Positions 56,747 through 64,000 of a stretch of 64,000 bases of DNA are shown here, piece after piece. Within the stretch, counting starts at the first letter, position 1. Each line of letters starts with the position of its first letter. Origin of the DNA: Daejeonella sp. (lineage in GTDB: Bacteria; Bacteroidota; Bacteroidia; Sphingobacteriales; Sphingobacteriaceae); assembly GCA_041749185.1 (NCBI GenBank), contig JBGTBV010000146.1:4898-68897 (forward strand). The letters are read 5' to 3'. Made by a program: the position numbers and the translations under genes. The notes under the pieces are model-generated. The model made no database searches. It was not told where the DNA came from and was given only the letters and a program-made list of their open reading frames with translations.

Positions 56747-58429
56747 TTAGATATTTCGCTTTTTCAGTTCATTTACGGCATGATCAACCGCACGGGCGGT
56801 CATGGCCATATAGGTTAGTGATGGGTTCTGGCATCCGGCCGACGTCATTGCGGCACCATCTGTAACATATACATTAGGAGCATCCCAAACCTGATTATTT
56901 CCATTCAACACTGAAGTTTTGGGGTCGCGACCCATGCGGGCGGTACCCATTTCATGTATTCCCATACCCATGGTATAACCGGCATCGAACGTATTTACAT
57001 CTTTTAAGCCGGCAATTTCAAGCATTTCTTTACCATCTTCCATCATGTCCTTCCGCATTTTCCGCTCGTTGTCTTTAATATCACAATCAATGGCCAGAAC
57101 ATTTAAACCCCATTTGTCTTTAGTGGTTTTATCAAGCGAGATTTTATTTTCATGATAAGGTAAGGTCTCGCCGAAGGCGGTAATTCCCATTCTCCAGTCG
57201 CCGGGCTCGCACAACGCATCCTTAAAAGCGGCACCCATACTAAGTTCAGCCACTTCGCGGCCCCAGCCTTCACGACTTGCGCTTCCCTGATAGCCAAATC
57301 CGCGAATGTAATTTCGATTTCTATCTCCTGGAAGATTCTGGAACCTCGGAATGTAGATTCCGTTAGGCCTGCGCCCATAATAATATTTATCATCAAACCC
57401 TTCGGCCCGTCCTGAAGCCCCGGCACGGAAATGGTGATCCATCAGGTTGTGACCTAACTCACCGCTACTACTGCCAAGCCCGCCTTCCCAAACGTCGGTA
57501 GCCGAGTTCATTAAAATCCAGGAAGAATTTAAGGCTGAAGCGCAAACGAAAACAACCTTTGCCAGATATTCATAGGTTTGGTTGGTTTGGGCGTCTAACA
57601 CTTCTACACCGCGGGCTTTTTTAGTATCCTTATCGTACAGAATACGCGTTACGATAGAGAACGGACGAAGGGTTAAATTACCGGTGGCAACCGCGGCTGG
57701 CAGGGTGGAAGACTGCGTGCTAAAATAAGCACCAAACGGGCAACCCAGCCAACATTTATTTCGGTACTGGCAATTGGTACGGCCCTTTAAAGGCTCTGTA
57801 ATATTTGCCACCCGACCCATTATCATGTGCCGGTCTCCCTTGTAATGCGCTTTTATGCGTTCTGCAACATCTTTTTCCACCACGTTCATGGCCATTGGCG
57901 GCATAAATTCGCCATCGGGAAGTTGCGAGAGGCCGTCACGGTTACCGCTAATCCCTGCAAACTTTTCAACATAGCCATACCAGGATTCGAGGTCTTTATA
58001 ACGTATCGGCCAGTCTACCGCAATCCCATCTTTTTCATTCGCTTCAAAATCAAGATCGCTCAGACGATAACTCTGACGGCCCCACATTAACGACCGACCT
58101 CCGACATGGTACCCGCGGTACCAGTCAAAACGCTGAACTTCTGTATAGGGTGCGTCTTTTTCGACGGTCCAATAATTTAAGTTGGTTTCGTTTAAGGGAT
58201 AATCTCGTTTTAGAACCGGGTAATCTTTGATCATTTCCTGCGTGCGCCCGCCCCGATGCGGAAAATCCCATGGATGTTTATTAGCGTTTACGTAACCTTT
58301 AACGTGTTCAATGTCTTCGCCCCGCTCAAGCATAATGGTTTTGAGCCCTTTCTCGGTAAGCTCTTTTGCAGCCCATCCACCGCTAATTCCAGATCCTATT
58401 ACAATTGCATCATATGTGTTATCAGCCAT
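56747..58429 (-). CDS. GMC-family FAD-dependent oxidoreductase (catalytic subunit, no own signal peptide)
   Basis: FAD fold YDAIVIGSGISGGWAAKEL, and a C-terminal GMC block (GTARMG ... VYVTDGA). Confidence 0.85.
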   Translation of the reverse strand: MADNTYDAIVIGSGISGGWAAKELTEKGLKTIMLERGEDIEHVKGYVNANKHPWDFPHRGGRTQEMIKDYPVLKRDYPLNETNLNYWTVEKDAPYTEVQRFDWYRGYHVGGRSLMWGRQSYRLSDLDFEANEKDGIAVDWPIRYKDLESWYGYVEKFAGISGNRDGLSQLPDGEFMPPMAMNVVEKDVAERIKAHYKGDRHMIMGRVANITEPLKGRTNCQYRNKCWLGCPFGAYFSTQSSTLPAAVATGNLTLRPFSIVTRILYDKDTKKARGVEVLDAQTNQTYEYLAKVVFVCASALNSSWILMNSATDVWEGGLGSSSGELGHNLMDHHFRAGASGRAEGFDDKYYYGRRPNGIYIPRFQNLPGDRNRNYIRGFGYQGSASREGWGREVAELSMGAAFKDALCEPGDWRMGITAFGETLPYHENKISLDKTTKDKWGLNVLAIDCDIKDNERKMRKDMMEDGKEMLEIAGLKDVNTFDAGYTMGMGIHEMGTARMGRDPKTSVLNGNNQVWDAPNVYVTDGAAMTSAGCQNPSLTYMAMTARAVDHAVNELKKRNI

Positions 58430-58522
58430 ATTATTTTATTTTATGAGTATGTATTCGTATTAATTTAAATAAATCCGCATTGCCGATGCTGCGTTGTCAC
58501 AATGTTATCAGCAGAAACAGAT

Positions 58523-59785
58523 TTATACTTCCGAAATGATCGTTCGCTCCGCGACGGTATCCGCATCAATTTCTTTATTATCATTAAAAAATAGAAAGAA
58601 AATAACCGTTACCACGGCTGCTATTCCTGCGGGAATCAGCCAGATAGTTTGCCAGTCGTTCTGGGTCTCAGAAATTTTATTGGCATCGGTAATAATGCCG
58701 GCAACCCAGAAGCCAATTAACATACCCACACCGTACGTGGCCAGGGTGATGAGGCCCTGGGCGGCACTTTTGTATTTCTCTCCAGCTTTAGAGTTGGTAT
58801 AGATTTGCCCGGTTACAAAGAAAAAATCGTAACAAATTCCGTGTAGGGCAATTCCCAGTAAAAGCATAAATGTTAATTCATTCGCGTTTCCGTAAGCAAA
58901 AAATACGTACCGTAAAACCCAGGCAAGCATACCCACTAAAATGGTATACTTAACCCCAAACCGTTTAAAAAATAGAGGCAACAAGAGCATAAACAATACT
59001 TCAGAAATCTGTCCGATAGTCATTTTACCGGTAGGATTCTCCAGGCCAATGCCGGATAAAAACGGATTGGCATTTTGATAATAAAAGGCCAGCGGGATGC
59101 ATATTAATATAGAGGAAATAAAGAATACCAAAAAGTTCTTGTTCTTCAATAATTTAAGGGCATCCAATCCCAGCATATCCGAAACGGTTACTTTTTCATT
59201 TTTATCAACCTTTGGTGGAGTTGCAGGCAGGGTAAAACTAAATAAGCCTAAAACCAGCGAAGCGATTGCGGCCATCAGAAATGTATTCCTCAGCAATCCT
59301 TCAGAAATTCCGGAAGGAGAATCCCAACTAAATAAGAAACTGATAGAAAGGCCGGCAACTATCCAGCCAACGGTTCCCCAAACGCGGATGGTTGAAAACT
59401 CCTTCTCGGGATCTTTCATCTGGTTAAATGATACCGAATTAACCAGCGCCAGAGTGGGCATGTACATAATCATGTAACCAAGTACAAAGGGATAGAATCC
59501 ACCAAAATCAACACTTCTAAACATCAGAAACATTAATAGCGCTCCAATGAGGTGCAAAATGCCGAGTATTTTTTCGGCGTTAAAATATCGGTCGGCAATT
59601 AAGCCGATGATAAACGGGGCGATGATGGCACCGAAGGACTGTGTTGAAAATGCGGCAGCGATCTGAGACCCTGTGGCGCTGAGATTGTTGCCCAGAAAAG
59701 TTCCCAATGTTACAAACCAGGCTCCCCAAATAAAAAATTCAAGGAACATCATTAACGAAAGTTTAAAACGGATTGTTGAGTTCAT
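58523..59785 (-). CDS. NupG/XapB-like nucleoside (or glycoside):H+ symporter, MFS
   Basis: 12 TM helices. The N-terminus RFKLSLMMFLEFFIWGAWFVTLGTFL resembles the NupG family signature. Confidence 0.75.
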   Translation of the reverse strand: MNSTIRFKLSLMMFLEFFIWGAWFVTLGTFLGNNLSATGSQIAAAFSTQSFGAIIAPFIIGLIADRYFNAEKILGILHLIGALLMFLMFRSVDFGGFYPFVLGYMIMYMPTLALVNSVSFNQMKDPEKEFSTIRVWGTVGWIVAGLSISFLFSWDSPSGISEGLLRNTFLMAAIASLVLGLFSFTLPATPPKVDKNEKVTVSDMLGLDALKLLKNKNFLVFFISSILICIPLAFYYQNANPFLSGIGLENPTGKMTIGQISEVLFMLLLPLFFKRFGVKYTILVGMLAWVLRYVFFAYGNANELTFMLLLGIALHGICYDFFFVTGQIYTNSKAGEKYKSAAQGLITLATYGVGMLIGFWVAGIITDANKISETQNDWQTIWLIPAGIAAVVTVIFFLFFNDNKEIDADTVAERTIISEV

Positions 59786-60040
59786 CTATATAGTGTTATG
59801 AAAGTTTATCAGGAAATTAACGAGAGTCTTTGCGGCTACCGGACAGGTATGCGAAGTAGTACGGGTTTCAACAAATGAGCGGAATATGTGTTGAGAATAC
59901 ACTCAGATAGCTTATTTTTCAAATTAAAAACTGCGTTAATAATTGATTTCATAACAATTGGTTAGTTTAGTAGTATTAAATAAATGTATATTTTTATTTT
60001 CAAAAAACACGAATATCGATTTTAATCTTAGAATTATTAC

Positions 60041-61210
60041 ATGAACAGAAAATTACGAATGGGCATGGTTGGCGGCGGAAAAGACGCTTTTATTGGTGCC
60101 ATACACCGTATTGCCGCTAATATGGATGGGCTTACCGAACTGGTTTGCGGTGCGCTGAGTATAAACCCCGATGTTGCGGCAGAAAGTGGAAAAATGCTCT
60201 TTTTACCTGAAGACCGCACCTATAAAACCTATCAGGAAATGATAGAGCGGGAAAGCAAACTGCCGGAAAGCGAGCGCATGGATTTCGTAACCATCGTAAC
60301 TCCTAACTTCGCCCATTTTGCGCCTGCGATGCTGGCACTCGAACATGGTTTTCATGTGGTGATAGAAAAACCCATCACCTTCTCAATTGATGAAGCCAGG
60401 CAACTAAAAGCTAAAGTGGAAGAAACCGGGCTAATCCTTTTATTAACGCATACTTATTCTGGTTACCCGATGGTAAAGCAGGCCCGGCAAATGGTTAAGG
60501 AAGGCGTTTTGGGCGAAATCAGGAAAATATATGTCGAGTACCCCCAGGGCTGGCTGAGCAAATTGTCTGAACGCGAAGGAAACGCACAGGCGGCCTGGCG
60601 CACGGACCCGAGCAAATCTGGCAAAAGCGGAAGCATGGGCGATATCGGCACTCATGCAGCACACCTGGCAGAATATATTTCCGGATTAAAAATTACCAAA
60701 ATATGCGCCGACCTGAATATTGTGGTAAAAGGCCGGATGCTGGATGATGACGGGAATGTTTTGCTCAAATTTGATAACGGGGCCAACGGCGTTTTAATGG
60801 CATCGCAGGTTGCCGCCGGAGAAGAAAATGCCTTGAAGATTAGAATTTACGGAGAAAAAGGAGGTCTGGAATGGCGGCAGGAAGAACCCAATACCCTGCT
60901 GGCAAAGTGGCTGGATAAGCCAACCCAAATTTTGCGTGCCGGTAGCGGGTACACAGACCGGCTTTCTTCGTTTGCCACGCACAATTGCCGCACCCCGGGC
61001 GGGCATCCGGAAGGATATTTGGAAGCGTTTGGAAACTTGTACCGCAATTTCGCCTTAACCTTAGGCGCCCGGATAGATGGAGAGCAGGCTTCGGCAGAGA
61101 TGCTCGATTTCCCTTCTGTTGATGACGGCATAAGAGGAATGGCCTTTATAGATAATGTGGTGCGAAGCAACCAAAGCACTGAAAAATGGACGGATTTTGA
61201 AATCGAATAA
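60041..61210 (+). CDS. cytoplasmic Gfo/Idh/MocA-family oxidoreductase
   Basis: N-terminal Rossmann segment MGMVGGGKDAFIG and the EKP motif (VVIEKPITFS). No signal peptide. Confidence 0.85.
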   Translation: MNRKLRMGMVGGGKDAFIGAIHRIAANMDGLTELVCGALSINPDVAAESGKMLFLPEDRTYKTYQEMIERESKLPESERMDFVTIVTPNFAHFAPAMLALEHGFHVVIEKPITFSIDEARQLKAKVEETGLILLLTHTYSGYPMVKQARQMVKEGVLGEIRKIYVEYPQGWLSKLSEREGNAQAAWRTDPSKSGKSGSMGDIGTHAAHLAEYISGLKITKICADLNIVVKGRMLDDDGNVLLKFDNGANGVLMASQVAAGEENALKIRIYGEKGGLEWRQEEPNTLLAKWLDKPTQILRAGSGYTDRLSSFATHNCRTPGGHPEGYLEAFGNLYRNFALTLGARIDGEQASAEMLDFPSVDDGIRGMAFIDNVVRSNQSTEKWTDFEIE

Positions 61211-61255
61211 ACAGAACCAAACTCAGAGGTAAATTTTCAAATTATAACTCGCTAA

Positions 61256-62308
61256 ATGACAACAATAAAAGGACCCGCCATTTTTCTGGCTCAATTTTTA
61301 GGAGACGAGGCACCATTTAATTCATTAGAGGCAATTTGCAAATGGGCAAAAAGTATAGGCTTTGAAGGCGTGCAGATCCCAACCTGGGACAGTCGTATTT
61401 TCGACCTGCAAAAGGCTGCCGAAAGTAAAACCTATGCCGACGAAATTAAAGGACTGGTAAATGATTGCGGCCTGGAGATTACCGAAATCTCTACCCATTT
61501 GCAGGGACAGTTGGTTGCTGTAAACCCGGCTTTTGATATTTTATTCGATTCATTTGCACCGGCAGAAATTCGTGGAAATTACAAAGCCCGCACCGATTGG
61601 GCGGTACAGCAGTTAAAATATGGCGCTTTAGCTTCCAAAAATCTGGGCCTAACTGCCCACCCCACATTTAGCGGCTCGCTCTTGTGGCATACATGGCACC
61701 CCTGGCCGCAACGCCCGGCCGGTTTGGTTGACGATGGTTTTAAAGAATTAGCCCGCCGCTGGCTCCCGATACTCAATTACTTTGATGAGCAGGGCGTAGA
61801 TGTATGTTATGAAGTGCATCCCGGCGAGGATTTATTTGACGGGGTAACGTATGAGCTGTTTCTTGAAAAAGTAAATAATCACCCTCGGGCATGCCTTTTA
61901 TATGATCCCTCGCATTTTGTGTTGCAATGCCTTGATTATGTAGCGTACATTGATATTTATCATGAACGGATAAAGTCTTTCCACGTAAAGGATGCTGAAT
62001 TCCACTCTAATGGCCGTCAGGGAACATTTGGCGGTTACCAAGCCTGGGCCGACCGGGCGGGCCGCTACCGCTCCCCGGGAGACGGGCAAGTGGATTTTAA
62101 ACGGATATTCAGCAAATTAACCCAATATGATTTTAAGGGTTGGGCGGTTATGGAATGGGAATGCAGCCTCAAACATCCCGATGACGGAGCCCGCGAAGGA
62201 GCAGAATTTATCCGTAAAAATATCATCCGGGTAACCGAAAGAGCTTTTGACGACTTTGCCGGAACAACACCCGATGCGGAACTAAACCGGAGAATTTTGG
62301 GTATCTGA
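61256..62308 (+). CDS. xylose-isomerase-like TIM-barrel protein (sugar phosphate isomerase/epimerase family)
   Basis: Typical metal-ligand contexts (CYEVHPGE, SFHVKDAE, AVMEWE). Confidence 0.8.
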   Translation: MTTIKGPAIFLAQFLGDEAPFNSLEAICKWAKSIGFEGVQIPTWDSRIFDLQKAAESKTYADEIKGLVNDCGLEITEISTHLQGQLVAVNPAFDILFDSFAPAEIRGNYKARTDWAVQQLKYGALASKNLGLTAHPTFSGSLLWHTWHPWPQRPAGLVDDGFKELARRWLPILNYFDEQGVDVCYEVHPGEDLFDGVTYELFLEKVNNHPRACLLYDPSHFVLQCLDYVAYIDIYHERIKSFHVKDAEFHSNGRQGTFGGYQAWADRAGRYRSPGDGQVDFKRIFSKLTQYDFKGWAVMEWECSLKHPDDGAREGAEFIRKNIIRVTERAFDDFAGTTPDAELNRRILGI

Positions 62309-62376
62309 TCCAGAAATATCCAAACTAAATAAGCCCGAAACCCTTTATATAATAGTCTTAATCAAACCTCATCAAA

Positions 62377-62823
62377 ATGAAAAAACTGCTTATTTTATTA
62401 GGAATAACTATCAGTATCGCCGCTTGCAACAGCGACACGAAATCATCTGGCGGTCTGGCCGATGATACCACTGAAGTTGGCGAAAATTCGAGCGCCGCAG
62501 CCCAGCAATCAAGTGTTGATACCAATGTGAACAAAATTGGTACCGACCCTGCTAACCCTCAAAGTGCAAAAGGGGAGCAGTTAATATCAGGTTCTGACTG
62601 TTTAAGCTGTCATCAGACTAACGAAAAACTCATCGGTCCATCGTATGTAGAAGTGGCTAATAAATACGAGAACAATGAAAAAAACCGCGAGTACCTTGCC
62701 GGGAAAATCATTTCTGGTGGCTCTGGCGTTTGGGGAGAAATCCCGATGACCCCGCACCCCGCACTGAGCGAAGGCGATGCCCAGGAAATGGCCGCTTACA
62801 TCATGTCGTTAAAAACCAACTAA
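62377..62823 (+). CDS. monohaem c-type cytochrome lipoprotein
   Basis: Lipobox SIAAC, the haem motif CLSCH, and the distal Met context GEIPMTPHP. Confidence 0.85.
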   Translation: MKKLLILLGITISIAACNSDTKSSGGLADDTTEVGENSSAAAQQSSVDTNVNKIGTDPANPQSAKGEQLISGSDCLSCHQTNEKLIGPSYVEVANKYENNEKNREYLAGKIISGGSGVWGEIPMTPHPALSEGDAQEMAAYIMSLKTN

Positions 62824-62824
62824 T

Positions 62825-63556
62825 ATGACAAAATCAATAATTATTCTTTCAATAGCGGCGCTGGCCTTAGGCTGCGGCAGTGTAAAAAGCACAAACCCGA
62901 TGAGCACTACCAACACAAATTCTTCTGACGAATGGATTTCACTGTTTGACGGCAAAACCCTGAACGGCTGGCACACTTACGGCCGCGACACCGTTGGCGC
63001 CGCCTGGAAAGTGCAGAATGGCGCTATCTGGTTGGATGCAGACGGCAAAAAGAATATGCCGGCCAACACTGGCGGCGATATTTTAACGGATGAAGAATTC
63101 GGAGATTACCATTTAAAACTGGAGTGGAAAATTGCCCCCAACGGCAACAGCGGCATTATCTTTAACGTAAATGAAGATCCTGAAAAGTACGGCAACACCT
63201 ACAACACCGGGCCAGAAATGCAGGTTTTAGATAATAACGGCCATCCGGATGCGAAAATAAACAAGCACCGTGCAGGTGATCTTTATGATCTGATTGCCAG
63301 TAAATCTGAGCCTGTTAAAGAGCCGGGAGAATGGAATTTAGCCGAAATAATTTCTGACGATGGCAACCTGACCCTGCGCCTCAACAATGTGGATGTGGTG
63401 CAAACTACCATGTGGGACCAACAATGGCGGGACATGATTGCCGGAAGCAAATTCGCCAGTATGCCCGGTTTTGGAACCTTTAAAAAAGGGAAAATTGCTT
63501 TGCAGGATCATGGCGATAACGTGTGGTACCGCAACATTATGATCAAGAAACTGTAG
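62825..63556 (+). CDS. DUF1080 (3-keto-disaccharide-hydrolase-like, concanavalin fold) lipoprotein
   Basis: Lipobox ALGC and motifs WISLFDGKTLNGW, NGNSGI, EMQVLDN and LQDHGDNVWYRNIMIKKL. Its ATG lies 1 nt after the cytochrome c stop. Confidence 0.8.
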   Translation: MTKSIIILSIAALALGCGSVKSTNPMSTTNTNSSDEWISLFDGKTLNGWHTYGRDTVGAAWKVQNGAIWLDADGKKNMPANTGGDILTDEEFGDYHLKLEWKIAPNGNSGIIFNVNEDPEKYGNTYNTGPEMQVLDNNGHPDAKINKHRAGDLYDLIASKSEPVKEPGEWNLAEIISDDGNLTLRLNNVDVVQTTMWDQQWRDMIAGSKFASMPGFGTFKKGKIALQDHGDNVWYRNIMIKKL

Positions 63557-63570
63557 AAATATAAGTCCAT

Positions 63571-63606
63571 AAAAAAGCCGGAAGCTGATGCTGTCCGGCT
63601 TTTTTA
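63571..63606. terminator. bidirectional intrinsic terminator between convergent genes
   Basis: A stem (agccgga / tccggct, 63576..63582 and 63594..63600), flanked by an A-run upstream and a T-run downstream. Confidence 0.75.
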
Positions 63607-63618
63607 TGTTAACTGAAA

Positions 63619-63999
63619 CTACATGAGTGTTTTTACATATTTGCTGCTTTGGGCGATGCTTCCAAAAGCGTCCATCGAAAAGTTTTCCTGCTCTACAAAA
63701 TAATGCTCGGCGCCAGAAAGCTTGGCTTTAGAGAAAATCTTCTTGTAATCAATACTACCGTTGCCAATTTCTGTGTTTTGCTTGGGGTTGGTTTTGTCCA
63801 TGTCTTTAACATGCCATAGCTTAAACCGCCCTGGATTGTCTGAGAATAATTTCACCGGATCTACACCAGCCCGTGCAACCCAGTAAATATCCATTTCGAA
63901 ATCAACCAGGTCTTTATCGGTCTCATTTAATAAAATGTCATATCCGGTTTTATCGCCGAAGCGGGTAAATTCAAAATCGTGGTTATGGTATCCCAACTG
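63619..63999 (-). CDS. xylose-isomerase-like TIM-barrel protein, C-terminal part (5' end beyond window)
   Basis: The motif GYHNHDFEF lies at the window edge, followed by LWHVKDM and HYFVEQE. The ORF-track start is only a TTG, and the frame stays open to the window end. Confidence 0.75.
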   Translation of the reverse strand, partial: QLGYHNHDFEFTRFGDKTGYDILLNETDKDLVDFEMDIYWVARAGVDPVKLFSDNPGRFKLWHVKDMDKTNPKQNTEIGNGSIDYKKIFSKAKLSGAEHYFVEQENFSMDAFGSIAQSSKYVKTLM

Positions 64000-64000
64000 T

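Overview
This 64-kb chromosomal segment reads as Bacteroidota. It has a SusC/SusD pair, a T9SS C-terminal sorting domain, many lipoprotein or Tat-exported enzymes, and several genes that must start at TTG. I count about 45 protein-coding genes. I recognised no rRNA, tRNA, CRISPR array, transposase, integrase or classic defence/toxin-antitoxin genes. Layout: (1) 0-12.8 kb holds envelope, housekeeping and stress genes: a RodA/FtsW-type fragment, tdk, a T9SS subtilase, an orphan receiver, an AP-superfamily enzyme, a Na+/H+ antiporter, an MscS-type channel, DUF1622 and a PNPOx-like stress protein. (2) 12.9-17.5 kb holds a visibly AT-richer, divergently arranged four-gene module: a fatty-acid-hydroxylase-type di-iron enzyme plus a KAS III-like condensing enzyme, facing a 556-aa lipobox/TM protein plus a radical SAM enzyme with a Cys-rich C-terminus. 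This is my best candidate for an undescribed system. (3) 17.7-30.0 kb holds a CAZyme-free SusC/SusD locus with two paralogous ~1120-aa FG-GAP/VCBS + UnbV/ASPIC-type lipoproteins and a Nudix-fold (NrtR-like) regulator. (4) 30.1-32.9 kb holds a pfkA / BadF-type ATPase / gap operon. (5) 32.9-33.5 kb is an unusual 565-bp non-coding gap between convergent genes, with a GC-rich island and a regularly spaced palindrome array. (6) 33.5-50.4 kb holds nine co-directional genes, mostly for alpha-glucan/maltodextrin use: TonB-dependent receptor, two GH13, pgmB, GH65, MFS, GH31, glgB and a prolyl iminopeptidase. (7) 50.6-54.6 kb holds a penicillin-acylase-family hydrolase, a small membrane protein and a LuxE-like adenylating enzyme. 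(8) 54.6-64.0 kb holds a periplasm-oriented oxidoreductase cluster: Tat-Gfo/Idh/MocA, Tat small subunit + GMC flavoenzyme, NupG-like permease, Gfo/Idh/MocA, TIM-barrel isomerases, cytochrome c and DUF1080. This fits oxidative (3-keto) glycoside processing. All functional calls come from motifs read by eye in the supplied translations; no database search was run.
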